This document shows, piece after piece, positions 49,569 through 59,328 of a stretch of DNA of 64,000 nucleotides. Source of the stretch: Planctomycetota bacterium (GTDB taxonomy: Bacteria > Planctomycetota > Planctomycetia > Pirellulales > UBA1268); contig JAGWVR010000006.1 of the NCBI GenBank assembly GCA_018970785.1, forward strand, positions 1,022 through 65,021, written 5' to 3'. Below the pieces are notes generated by a model that saw nothing but the letters and a program-made list of their open reading frames with translations, made no database searches and was not told where the DNA came from. Made by a program: the position numbers and the translations under genes. How positions within the stretch are numbered: the first letter of the stretch is position 1; each line of letters opens with the position of its first letter.

Positions 49569-51151
49569 GCGGGGCCCCCGGCGCGGGTGGCGGCGCTTCG
49601 GTCTCCGCCGACCTCCTCGACCGCTACCTGGCCGCGCTCCAGGCCGGCGACGACGAGGCGCGGCGGGCCCTCCTCCGCGACGAACCGCGCCTCGCCGAGT
49701 GGGACGAGTGCCTCGAGGAACTCGATCTCCTCGCCTCCGGCCTCGAGCCTGGTGCCGATCCGGTCGCGGTGCCCGCCGGCACCCGGTACGGCGCCTACCG
49801 GATCGTCGCCGAGATCGGGCGCGGTGGGATGGGGGTCGTGTACCGGGCGCGGCAGGCGGGGCTCGACCGCGACGTGGCCCTCAAGGTGCTCGCCGCCGGG
49901 ATGCAGGCCTCCGACGAGCAGCGCCGCCGGTTCCTCGCCGAGGCCCGGCTCGCCGCCCGGATCCGTCATCCGGGGATCGTCGTGATCCATGACGCCGGCG
50001 AGGACCATGGCCAGTTGTACTACGCGATGGACCTCATCGACGGCGAGGATCTGGCGGCCCGGCTCGCCCGCGGTCCGCTGCCGTTGGCCGACGCGGTCCG
50101 GCTCGTGGCCGACGTCGCCCGGTCGGTCGCCCACCTCCACGCTGCGGGCGTGCTCCACCGCGATCTCAAACCGCGCAACATCCTCCTCGACGGCGACGGG
50201 GCGCCGATCGTCACCGACTTCGGCCTCGCCCGCGACGAGGCCGGCGACGGCGATCCCACCGCCACCGGCACGATCCTCGGCACCCCGGCCTACATGCCTC
50301 CGGAACAGGTCACCGGGAGCCGCGCTGCCGACGCGCGCGGCGACGTCTATTCGCTCGGCGCGATCCTCTACGAGATCCTCGCCGGCCGCCCCGCCTTCTC
50401 GGCGCCGACGCGCCTGGCGACGCTGCTTCAGGTCCTCGAGCGCGAGCCGGTGTCGCCGCGGCGCTGGAATCGGGGCGTACCGCGGGCGCTGGCCGCGATC
50501 TGCCTGCGGGCGCTGGAGAAGGCCCCCGACCGCCGGCCGGCGTCCGCCGCGGCATTGGCCGACGAGCTCGAGGCCTTCCTCCGCGGCGAGCGCGGGCCGG
50601 CCGTGGGCGGGAACCTGGGCCACCGGATCGTCCGCGCCGTGCGCCGTCATCCGGCGGCGGGGTTCCGCCTCGTCGGGATCGTCGGCACCGCGGCGGTGGT
50701 GGTGGTCCGCTGCCTGCTCGCGCCCGACACGATCGGCTTCTACGCGCCGGTGCTCGTCGGCCTGGGCGCCTGGGGAACGCTGGCCGCGGCCTGGGAGTGG
50801 GCCGGAGTACGCGCGCTGCCGGTGGGCACCGTGGCGCGGTTGTTCACGCTCACCGACGGTGTCTTCGTCAGCTTCCTGCTGTGGCTGGTGGACGGCGCCA
50901 ACGGCCCGCTCGTCGCGGTCTATCCGGTGCTCGTCGCCGCGGCGGGGGTCTGGCTCGAGGGGGGGCTGGTCCGCCTCGCCGCCGTGGTGTCGCTCGTCGG
51001 CTACGTCGCCGTGCTCCTCGCCCGCCCGGCCGCCGTGGAATGGCACCTCGTGGCGATCGTCTCGCTCCTGATATCCGTGGCCGCGGCGATCACCGACCTG
51101 CAGCTCGGCCGGCTGTCGCTCCGTGAGCGGGGGGGACGGCCGCCGGGCTGA
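49565..51151 (+). CDS. Hanks-type Ser/Thr kinase with C-terminal multi-pass membrane domain
   Basis: IGRGGMGVVY, VALK, HRDLKPRN, TDFGLAR, GTPAYMPPEQ, DVYSLG; GTG start overlaps the sigma gene stop (GTGA). Confidence 0.92.
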   Translation: MSGAPGAGGGASVSADLLDRYLAALQAGDDEARRALLRDEPRLAEWDECLEELDLLASGLEPGADPVAVPAGTRYGAYRIVAEIGRGGMGVVYRARQAGLDRDVALKVLAAGMQASDEQRRRFLAEARLAARIRHPGIVVIHDAGEDHGQLYYAMDLIDGEDLAARLARGPLPLADAVRLVADVARSVAHLHAAGVLHRDLKPRNILLDGDGAPIVTDFGLARDEAGDGDPTATGTILGTPAYMPPEQVTGSRAADARGDVYSLGAILYEILAGRPAFSAPTRLATLLQVLEREPVSPRRWNRGVPRALAAICLRALEKAPDRRPASAAALADELEAFLRGERGPAVGGNLGHRIVRAVRRHPAAGFRLVGIVGTAAVVVVRCLLAPDTIGFYAPVLVGLGAWGTLAAAWEWAGVRALPVGTVARLFTLTDGVFVSFLLWLVDGANGPLVAVYPVLVAAAGVWLEGGLVRLAAVVSLVGYVAVLLARPAAVEWHLVAIVSLLISVAAAITDLQLGRLSLRERGGRPPG

Positions 51152-51161
51152 GGGTCGGGCT

Positions 51162-52793
51162 TCAGGGGAGGATCCGCAGGCCGACGGCGGTGTTGAGGTC
51201 GAGCATCGCGCGGCGGTGACGGACCGCGGCGTCGCGCAGCGCCTCGACCGTCTCGCCGGCCTCGTCGAGGGCCGCCGCATGGTCGGCGGCGGAGCGCCGG
51301 CCTGCGGCACGCTCGGCCTCGGCGCGGGTGACCTGGTCCTTGACCCGGGGAAGGAGGACCTCCTCGACATGGGTCAGCGCCGCCCGGGAGCGCTCGTACT
51401 CGCGGCGGGCCAGACGGACCTCGGCGACGACGCGGCGCTCCAGGGCCGACAGTTCGAGCTTCGTCTGCGTCACGTTGCTCTCCGCCTTCGCGATGTTGCC
51501 CTGGTTGCGGTTGTAGATCGGCAGGGCGAAGGTGAGTCCCACCGCCCAGCTCTGCGAGTTGGGCAAGCCGACCGGGCGGTTGTCCTGGATCGTGATCGGG
51601 TCGTAGAAGAGGTAGATGTCGTCGAACCGGTTGGCGCGCTGGAGATTCACCTCGGCCCCGGCCCGCGCGATGCCATGGCGCGCCGCGGCGAGGTCGGGGC
51701 GGCAGCGGAGGGCGAGAGCGGCGAGCTCGTCGGTTCCCGGCGGCGGGGGCACGCCATCGCGCAGCGTGCCCTGCGGCTCCAGGCTGGCGACGTCGTCGGC
51801 GGGGATCGCGAGGAGGACGGCGAGGCCGTCCTGGGCGTCGCCGTACGCTCCCCGGGCGTCGTCGGCCGCATCCCGCGCGCGGGCGACGGCAAGCCCGAGC
51901 GCCTCCGCGGCGTCGGCATCGGCCGCGGACCCACCGCGCCGCGCCTCGCGGAGCAGCTCCTCGCGCCGGCGGAGCCGGGCCTCGGCCAACGAGAGGTCGA
52001 TCCGGGCCGACTGCAGGTTCACGAATCCCCGGCCGACGGCGTCGAGCTGACGGCGGACCACGTCCTGGAACTGGGCTTCGATCGTCGACCGTGCCATCCG
52101 GGCGACGACCGTGCGCGCCTGCCGCTTCCGCGAGACGTCGAGGGGATAGGTGATGTTGAGGTCGTACTGCGTCGGGCCGCCAGGTGTCTGAGGCGTGTAG
52201 CTGCCGTAGGGGATGAACTGCGAGTCCATGTACAGCAGCGGATTGGTGCGGAGGCCCGCGGTGAGGACGTCGGCGTCGGCCTGCGCGAGCTCCTCGCGCA
52301 GGGCGCGGATGTCGAGGTTGGACGTCATCATCCGCTCGATGGCGGCGTCGAGGGAGAGACCGTCGGCGGGCCCGGGCCCGAACACCAGCCCGGCGTCGGC
52401 CGGGTCGGCGCCGGCAGACGCCGATGGAGTGGCCTCCGGCGTGGGCAGCGCTTCGGGAAGATCGATCTCGCGCCGCAGGCCGGCCGCCACGGTTCCCGGC
52501 CGTGTCTTGCCGCGTGGGATCCGCCCAGTGCGCTGCCGCCCGCCGAGCACGCCCGACCCAGCGGTCGATGCGTTGCCGTCGAATGACGTCGACAGCGCGC
52601 CGGGGGCCGGTCCGAGGGCCGATTCGATCGCGCCAGGCGTGGGACCGAGGACGGGGAGTTCGAGGATCGCCGTCCGCTGCGGGGACTGGACCGCGCCGGA
52701 GTCCTGCTGGGCGGTCGCCGATCGCGGGGCGAGCAGCAGGATCAGGGCGACCGCCACCTGCAATCGGCTCGGGATCGGGAGCGGTCGGGGCAT
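51162..52793 (-). CDS. TolC family outer membrane efflux protein
   Basis: LSLDAAIERMM..N.D, ADVLTAGLRTNP, ALRCRPDLAAAR, LPIYNRNQGNI. Confidence 0.85.
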   Translation of the reverse strand: MPRPLPIPSRLQVAVALILLLAPRSATAQQDSGAVQSPQRTAILELPVLGPTPGAIESALGPAPGALSTSFDGNASTAGSGVLGGRQRTGRIPRGKTRPGTVAAGLRREIDLPEALPTPEATPSASAGADPADAGLVFGPGPADGLSLDAAIERMMTSNLDIRALREELAQADADVLTAGLRTNPLLYMDSQFIPYGSYTPQTPGGPTQYDLNITYPLDVSRKRQARTVVARMARSTIEAQFQDVVRRQLDAVGRGFVNLQSARIDLSLAEARLRRREELLREARRGGSAADADAAEALGLAVARARDAADDARGAYGDAQDGLAVLLAIPADDVASLEPQGTLRDGVPPPPGTDELAALALRCRPDLAAARHGIARAGAEVNLQRANRFDDIYLFYDPITIQDNRPVGLPNSQSWAVGLTFALPIYNRNQGNIAKAESNVTQTKLELSALERRVVAEVRLARREYERSRAALTHVEEVLLPRVKDQVTRAEAERAAGRRSAADHAAALDEAGETVEALRDAAVRHRRAMLDLNTAVGLRILP

Positions 52794-53029
52794 CGGCGCG
52801 TCCTTTCGGACACAGGGCAGCCCGGCACTGGACCAGGACCAGACCCTTTCTCATCGGGAAAGCCGGCTGGAGTTCTCCAAACCTCCCGATCGGCACGGCC
52901 CGTCGAGCGGCTGCGGTCGCCCGCCGGAGGGGGCCGGCACGGCGGCGGGGGCAAGCGGGGGTGGCCGTGGGCTCCGGGCAAGGGACAATCACCGATGCCG
53001 CCGATCCCCCGAGGCTCCGGAATCCCGTG

Positions 53030-54388
53030 ATGGCCGATCTGTTCGCCGCCGCGCGGGCCGCCCACGTCGCCCGTGCCGCGCCCCTGGCGGCGCGGATGCG
53101 GCCGCGCCGGCTCGCCGACTACGTCGGGCAGGACCACGTCGTCGGTCCCGGGCGGCTGCTCCGTCGGCTGATCGAGTCGGACCGGCTGGGGTCGGTGATC
53201 CTCCACGGTCCACCGGGCGTGGGGAAGACGACGCTCGCCGAGATCATCGCGCGCGAGACGAAGCGCCGGTTCGTCGAGCTGTCGGCGACGGCGGCGGGAG
53301 TGAAGGAGGTTCGCGAGGTTCTCGACGCGGCGCGGCGCCGGCTCGAGGACGACGGCGGCCACACCTGCTTGTTCGTCGACGAGATCCACCGCTTCAACAA
53401 GGCGCAGCAGGACGTGCTCCTGCCCGACGTCGAGGCCGGCGTGGTCGCGCTGATCGGCGCGACCACGCAGAATCCCTACTTCTCGCTCACCAGCGCGCTG
53501 GTGAGCCGCAGCCGGCTGTTCGCCCTCGAACCCCTCACCGCCGCCGAGATCGCCACGATCCTCGACCGCGCCCTGGCCGATGCCGAACACGGCCTGGGGC
53601 GCGAGCAGGTCGTGCTCACGGCCGCCGCCCGGGATTTCCTCGCCGCCTCGGCCGACGGCGACGCGCGCCGCGCCCTGGGCGCCCTCGAGGTCGGCGTGTT
53701 GTCGAGCGGCACGCGGCCGCTGGAGTTCACGCTCGAACTGGCGCGTGAGAGCGTGCAGCGCAAGGGGGTCGTGTACGACGACGGCGACACCCATTACGAC
53801 TGTGCCAGCGCCCTGATCAAGAGCATCCGCGGCAGCGACCCCGACGCCGGCCTGTACTGGCTGGCGCGGATGCTCGAGGGGGGGGAGGACGTGCGCTTCC
53901 TGGCCCGGCGGCTGGTGATCCTCGCCAGCGAGGACGTCGGCAACGCCGATCCCCGCGCCCTGGTGATCGCCGTGGCGGCGATGCAGGCCACCGAGTTCGT
54001 CGGTCTGCCGGAGTGCCAGTTGACGCTCGCCCAGGCGGTCACATACCTGGCCGTCGCCCCCAAGAGCAACGCCTGCACCAGCGCCATCGCCGCCGCGCGG
54101 CGCGACGTCCGTGAGCAGGCGGTGATTCCGGTGCCACGACACCTCCGCGACGGCCACTCCGCATCAACGCGGGCCCTCGGCCGTGGCGCCGGCTACCGCT
54201 ACGCGCACGACGCCCCGGACGCGATCGCCGCCCAGGAGTACCTCGGGGTGCCGCGGCGCTACTACCAGCCGACCGACCGCGGCGAGGAGCAGCGGATCGC
54301 GGTGCGTCTGGCCGAGATCCGCCGGCGGCTCGGCGCGGCGGGCGACGACGGCCCCGGCGAGGATGGCGGGGGCGCGGCGGCACCGTGA
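53030..54388 (+). CDS. rarA: Replication-associated recombination protein A
   Basis: PLAARMRP, GPPGVGKTT, DEIHRFNKAQQD, SALIKSIRGSDPDA, ASEDVGNAD. Confidence 0.95.
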   Translation: MADLFAAARAAHVARAAPLAARMRPRRLADYVGQDHVVGPGRLLRRLIESDRLGSVILHGPPGVGKTTLAEIIARETKRRFVELSATAAGVKEVREVLDAARRRLEDDGGHTCLFVDEIHRFNKAQQDVLLPDVEAGVVALIGATTQNPYFSLTSALVSRSRLFALEPLTAAEIATILDRALADAEHGLGREQVVLTAAARDFLAASADGDARRALGALEVGVLSSGTRPLEFTLELARESVQRKGVVYDDGDTHYDCASALIKSIRGSDPDAGLYWLARMLEGGEDVRFLARRLVILASEDVGNADPRALVIAVAAMQATEFVGLPECQLTLAQAVTYLAVAPKSNACTSAIAAARRDVREQAVIPVPRHLRDGHSASTRALGRGAGYRYAHDAPDAIAAQEYLGVPRRYYQPTDRGEEQRIAVRLAEIRRRLGAAGDDGPGEDGGGAAAP

Positions 54389-54418
54389 GGAGCCCGGCGG
54401 CGACGTCGGGAAAAAGGG

Positions 54419-54871
54419 ATGCGTGCGGTGGTCCAGCGGGTGAGCGAGGCGGAGGTCACGATCGACGGGGCCGCCGTGGGCACGATCGGTCTCGGGCTGA
54501 TGGTGCTGGTCGGGGTCGAGGTCGGCGACACCGGCGCGGACGTCGGCTGGCTGGCGGGCAAAATCGTCCGGTTGCGTATCTTCCCGGACACGGCGGGGCT
54601 GTTCGACCGGAGCGTCATCGACGTCGGGGGGGAGGTGCTGGTGGTCAGCCAGTTCACCCTCCACGCCAGCACCGCCCGCGGGAACCGTCCGAGTTTCCTC
54701 GCCGCGGCCCGCCCCGAGGAGGCGATCCCGCTCTACGCGTCGTTCCTCGACACGCTCGCCGCGCAGCTCGGTCGCCCGGTGCAGTGCGGCCGGTTCGGGG
54801 CGGCGATGGCGGTCCGTCTGGTCAACGACGGGCCGGTCACGATCCCGCTCGACTCCCGGCGGCGTGACTGA
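54419..54871 (+). CDS. dtd: D-aminoacyl-tRNA deacylase
   Basis: MRAVVQRV, VSQFTL, GNRPSF, NDGPVT. Confidence 0.95.
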   Translation: MRAVVQRVSEAEVTIDGAAVGTIGLGLMVLVGVEVGDTGADVGWLAGKIVRLRIFPDTAGLFDRSVIDVGGEVLVVSQFTLHASTARGNRPSFLAAARPEEAIPLYASFLDTLAAQLGRPVQCGRFGAAMAVRLVNDGPVTIPLDSRRRD

Positions 54872-54957
54872 CGGTCCCGGCACCGCCGGCCAGGGGTGGC
54901 GGGCGGAGGCTCGCGGACGTGATACACTCTCCCGGCGATCGGCAAGCGAACGTCGAT

Positions 54958-55032
54958 GGTGGCTGTAGCTCAGTTGGTTAGAGCACCAGATTGTGGTTCT
55001 GGGGGTCGCGGGTTCGAATCCCGTCAGCCACC
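54958..55032 (+). tRNA. tRNA-His(GUG)
   Basis: G(-1)GTGGCTG...CAGCCAC-C, anticodon arm CCAGA-TTGTGGT-TCTGG, GGTTCGAATCC. Confidence 0.95.
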
Positions 55033-55356
55033 CTTCCTGCCGCGACCGGCGCGGTGCCTCGGGGCGGCGGCGCCCCGCTGGGCGTGCTTTGCCCTGCCGC
55101 GGCGTGGTGTCTCGTGTCGTCGTCCGTTCCGCAGGGCCGGCGGCCGTTGCGACGGCGCTTTCGCGGAGGCTATCCTCTTGCCCGAGGCGACGCGTCGGCC
55201 CGGTGGGCGGGCCATCACCTCCGGACGCCATGCGTGCCGGCTTCGGTGTCACGCCGATCGGTCTTCGCGGCTCCACGGTTCGATCAGCCATTCACGGTGT
55301 TGAATCAGATCCCGATCCCGGCGGGGCCTGCGGTCCCGTTCACAGGAGATGTTCCG

Positions 55357-56772
55357 ATGGCCACGCGTCGTTCCCGTTCCAGCGCCTCCCGTCGTGACTT
55401 CATCGCCACCGGTGCCACCGGTGCCGGAGCGCTGGCCGGCATCGCCGGTGGCGTGTGGATCGCTCCCGAGGTCCGCGCCGACGACAAGCCGGCGACGAGC
55501 GCCAACTCCGAGATCCGCTTCGCCTGCATCGGCATCGGTGGCAAGGGGCAGAGCGATTCGGCCGACGCAGCCCGCAACGGCAAGGTGGTCGCGGTCGCCG
55601 ACGTCGACAGCAACCAGTTGAAGCGCGGCGAGAAGGCCTTCGAGGGGGCGAAGACGTTCCAGGACTACCGGAAGATGCTCGCCGAGGTCGGCAAGGAGAT
55701 CGATGCCGTCACCGTCAGCACGCCCGACCACACCCACTTCGCCGCGGCGATGATGGCGATGGGGATGGGGAAGCACTGCTTCTGCCAGAAGCCGCTGACC
55801 CGGGCGATCTCCGAGGCGCGGCTGATGGGTGAATTGGCCCGCGCCAAGAAGCTCGCCACGCAGATGGGCAACCAGGGCACCGCCGAGAGCTCGCTGCGGA
55901 AGGCGGCCGCGTTCATCAAGTCGGGAGGGTTGGGCACGGTCAAGGAACTGCACGTTTGGACCAACCGGCCGGTCTGGCCGCAGGGCGGGGGGCGCCCGGC
56001 GGAGGCTCCGGTTCCCGCCAACCTCGACTGGAATCTCTGGCTCGGCCCGGCGCCGGTCCGGCCCTACGGCACCGGCTACCACCCCTTCAGCTGGCGTGGC
56101 TTCTGGGATTTCGGCACCGGTGCGCTCGGCGACATGGCCTGCCACACCTTCAACATGCCGTTCATGGCGCTCAACCTCCGCGACCCGTCGAGCGTCCAGG
56201 CGCTGACCAGCGGCCACAACAAGGAGACCTATCCGAAGTGGTCGATCATCGACTTCGATTTCCCGACGATCGGAGCCCGACCGGGGTTGAAGGTGGTGTG
56301 GTACGACGGCGGCAAGCTCCCCGAGGAGGGTTTGTTCGCCGGCTTCCCCGGTGAGACCAAGAAGGACGCCGACGGAAAGGAGGAGACACTGCCGTTCAAG
56401 ACCGCCTCGAGTGGCATCCTCTGCATCGGCGACAAGGACACGCTCTACGCTCCCGGCGACTACTGTGAGAAGGGCTTCAAGCTCAAGAGCGGCAAGGCAC
56501 CCGCCGACGCCGAGTTCACGCCGTCGCCGGGCCATTTCATCGAATGGGTCAACGCCATCAAGGGTGGCCCGCAGCCGATGTCGAACTTCCCCGACTACGC
56601 CGGGCCGCTCACCGAGACGATCCTGCTGGGGAACCTCGCGGTCTGGGCCGCCGACGTGGCGGAAACCAAGGGGAAGAAGATCGAGTGGGATCCGGTGAAG
56701 TTGGTCGCCAAGAACGCCCCCGAGGTGGAGGCGATCATCCGGCCGACCGCACGCGATGGCTGGTCGGCCTGA
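55357..56772 (+). CDS. Tat-exported Gfo/Idh/MocA family oxidoreductase
   Basis: SRRDFI Tat motif, IGIGGKG, STPDHTH, CQKPL, GALGDMACH. Confidence 0.92.
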   Translation: MATRRSRSSASRRDFIATGATGAGALAGIAGGVWIAPEVRADDKPATSANSEIRFACIGIGGKGQSDSADAARNGKVVAVADVDSNQLKRGEKAFEGAKTFQDYRKMLAEVGKEIDAVTVSTPDHTHFAAAMMAMGMGKHCFCQKPLTRAISEARLMGELARAKKLATQMGNQGTAESSLRKAAAFIKSGGLGTVKELHVWTNRPVWPQGGGRPAEAPVPANLDWNLWLGPAPVRPYGTGYHPFSWRGFWDFGTGALGDMACHTFNMPFMALNLRDPSSVQALTSGHNKETYPKWSIIDFDFPTIGARPGLKVVWYDGGKLPEEGLFAGFPGETKKDADGKEETLPFKTASSGILCIGDKDTLYAPGDYCEKGFKLKSGKAPADAEFTPSPGHFIEWVNAIKGGPQPMSNFPDYAGPLTETILLGNLAVWAADVAETKGKKIEWDPVKLVAKNAPEVEAIIRPTARDGWSA

Positions 56773-56818
56773 GCCGACCGGCCGGCGGACGCAGGGATCG
56801 AGGAGTGAAGGAGGGGCT

Positions 56819-58117
56819 GTGACACGCGACGGTGGAACTGGCTCGCGGTCTGCGCTCGTGACGCGGCGTGGAGCAACGCTGATCGTGGCGCTGGCCCTCG
56901 CGGCCGGCGGCGCCCCGGCCCGGGCCCTGGAGCCCCTCCCTGCGGAGGCCGCCGCCGTCGCGCTGGTCAAGTCGCGCGGCGGGAGCGTCGAGTACGGGAC
57001 CGACGGCCGGGTGACGAAGGTGAACCTCGCCAACCGGCCCGCCACCGATGCCGACCTCCGTGTCCTCGGCACGCTCCCGGGTCTGCAAGCGCTCGAGGTC
57101 TGGGGCGCCGAGATCGGCGATGCCGGCATGCCCGCGCTGGCGGCGATCGGATCGCTGCAGCAGTTGGTCCTCGAGAACACCGACGTCACCGACACCGGCA
57201 TCGGGGAACTGGCGAAGCTGCGGAACCTCAAGATCCTCAACCTCCGCCGCAGCTCGAACCTGTCCGATGCGGCGCTCGAGACCGTGGCGAAGCTCACCGG
57301 CCTCGAGCAACTCGTCCTGCTCTACAACAATTTCACCGATGCCGGGCTGGCCCATCTCCTGCCTCTGACAAAGCTCCGCGTGCTCGATCTGCGCGGTTGC
57401 TCGCTGATCGGCGACGCGGGGCTGGAGCACGTCGCCGGGATGACGAGTCTGGAGCGGGTCAAGCTCCGCTGCCCCGGGGTCACCGACCGCGGTCTGGCGG
57501 CGATCGCCCGGCTGCCGAAGCTCCGCGGGTTCGCCGCCGAGGACGGCCAGATCACCGACGCCGGACTGGCGCCGTTCGCCACCAAGGGGGACATCGACGA
57601 GATCAACGTGATGCGGACGTTCATCGGCGGCGACGGGCTCGCCCATCTCAAGGGGCTCGGCAAGCTCAAGCGCCTCGAGCTGCGCGGCACGCTGATCGAC
57701 GACGCAGCGCTCGTCCACGTCGCCGGCCTCACCAATCTCGTCCTCCTCGACCTGGCGGAGACGGGGATCGGCGACGCCGGTGTCGCCCACCTCGGCCGAC
57801 TCGAAAAGCTCGCCGACCTCGACCTGTGGGACACGAAGGTCGGCGACGAGGGGCTGACCACGATCGGTCGGCTGCCGGCCCTCACCAAGCTGGTGCTGCG
57901 GAACACCCGCATCACCGACGCGGGGCTCGGGCGACTGACCGGTTCGACGAAGCTGGCCACGCTCGACCTGGCCGGCACCAAGGTCGCCGGACCGGGCCTG
58001 GCGGCGGTGGGACGGCTGCCGGCGCTGCGGGCCCTCGACCTCAGCTTTGCACCGGTCAGCGACGATGCCCTGGCGGCTCTCCGCGCGGCCCGTCCTGAGA
58101 TCGTCGTCACGAAGTGA
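56819..58117 (+). CDS. Secreted leucine-rich repeat protein
   Basis: Signal peptide, then about 14 repeats of ~24 aa (L..L.L..T.(I/V)TDAGL..L). Confidence 0.88.
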   Translation: MTRDGGTGSRSALVTRRGATLIVALALAAGGAPARALEPLPAEAAAVALVKSRGGSVEYGTDGRVTKVNLANRPATDADLRVLGTLPGLQALEVWGAEIGDAGMPALAAIGSLQQLVLENTDVTDTGIGELAKLRNLKILNLRRSSNLSDAALETVAKLTGLEQLVLLYNNFTDAGLAHLLPLTKLRVLDLRGCSLIGDAGLEHVAGMTSLERVKLRCPGVTDRGLAAIARLPKLRGFAAEDGQITDAGLAPFATKGDIDEINVMRTFIGGDGLAHLKGLGKLKRLELRGTLIDDAALVHVAGLTNLVLLDLAETGIGDAGVAHLGRLEKLADLDLWDTKVGDEGLTTIGRLPALTKLVLRNTRITDAGLGRLTGSTKLATLDLAGTKVAGPGLAAVGRLPALRALDLSFAPVSDDALAALRAARPEIVVTK

Positions 58118-58164
58118 ATTGTTCCGCCCGTCCACGCCGGTGCTGGGCCTGCCGACCCTGCCGA

Positions 58165-58215
58165 AGGCAGCGGTGTTGCAGGACGTTTGACGGTCGTGGC
58201 GCGGGGGGGTAAGAC
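58165..58215 (+). promoter_or_regulatory. Candidate promoters for the pspA operon: sigma54-like (58165-58180) and sigma70-like (58187-58215)
   Basis: AGGCAGCGGTGTTGCA has GG-N10-GC spacing; TTGACG-N17-TAAGAC follows. Confidence 0.4.
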
Positions 58216-58382
58216 GATGATCCCTGGGGAATCTCGCTGAAATGGCGGACGGAGGGTCCTGTCCGCCCGTTCCAGCGGGCCCGGCCCCGGCACCGCCCGC
58301 GGAGGCCGCTGGCTCTCGGGCGATTCGCCGACGGCTCCGGGGAAACGCTCCCGCTCCCGACCCGCACACTGGAGATGATCCG

Positions 58383-59132
58383 ATGATCCTCGGCAAGCTG
58401 TGGAAGGCGATGGCCGCCCAGGTCAACAAGATCGCCAATTTTTTCTGGACGGCCGATCCGATCGCGCAACTGCAGTACGAATACGACAAAGCGGTCGATC
58501 AGATGAAGGAGGGGCGCGAGGGGCTGGAGCAGTACCGGGCCCTCGTCGAGCGGGTCGCTCGGCAGGTCGAGGGTGACCGCCAGCATGTCGCCAAGCTCGA
58601 GGCGCAGGTCAAGGCCTACCTCCAAGCCGGCGAGCGCGAGACGGCGGCGAAGTTCGCGCTCGAATTGCAGCGCGTCCGCAAGGACCTCGAGGAGAACGAG
58701 GCCCAGCTCAAGCTCCACGAGACCGCCTATGGCAACAACGTCACCAAGGTCAAGCACGCCTCGAAAAAGCTCGCCGACCTCAAGCACAAGATCCAGAAGT
58801 ACGACGCCGACCTGAAAATGTCGCGGGCCGAGGCGGAGCTGGCGAAGCTCGCCACGACCTTCAAATTCGACGTCACCACCGACTTCGGCCAGATCGAGGA
58901 CGTGATCCAGGACAAGATCGGGCTCAACCGCGCGAAGGTCCGCGTCGCCGCCGACCTGTCCGGCGAGGGGCTCGACAAGATCAAGGACGAGCAGCGTGTC
59001 GAGGCGCAGATGGCCGACGCGGCCCTCCGTGAGTTCGAGCGCGAGTTGGGGATGGTGACTCCCGAGACGTCGAAGGTCACGGACGACGAGAAGCTGCTCG
59101 GGTCCGAACGGCTCCGACAGATCTCAGGCTGA
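58383..59132 (+). CDS. PspA/IM30 (ESCRT-III superfamily) protein
   Basis: Amphipathic N-terminal helix ILGKLWKAMAAQVNKIANFF ending in DP, long coiled coil, AGERETAAKFAL, C-terminal DAALREFERELG; GGAG RBS. Confidence 0.8.
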   Translation: MILGKLWKAMAAQVNKIANFFWTADPIAQLQYEYDKAVDQMKEGREGLEQYRALVERVARQVEGDRQHVAKLEAQVKAYLQAGERETAAKFALELQRVRKDLEENEAQLKLHETAYGNNVTKVKHASKKLADLKHKIQKYDADLKMSRAEAELAKLATTFKFDVTTDFGQIEDVIQDKIGLNRAKVRVAADLSGEGLDKIKDEQRVEAQMADAALREFERELGMVTPETSKVTDDEKLLGSERLRQISG

Positions 59133-59328
59133 GGCGCCCCGTTCGCCACGGCGACGCCCCCGGCTTTTCCGTGGAGACCGTGGCGGCCAGCCTGGCGACG
59201 GATCGTGCAGCCCATCGGTGGCCGTGCCCCGTCCGGTCGGCGTGGCCCGTACCCCATGCGACCGACGGTCCGGCGTCAGTGGGACCCATGGCCAGACGAG
59301 GCGTGCGCCCGGGCGCACGGAAAGTGCC

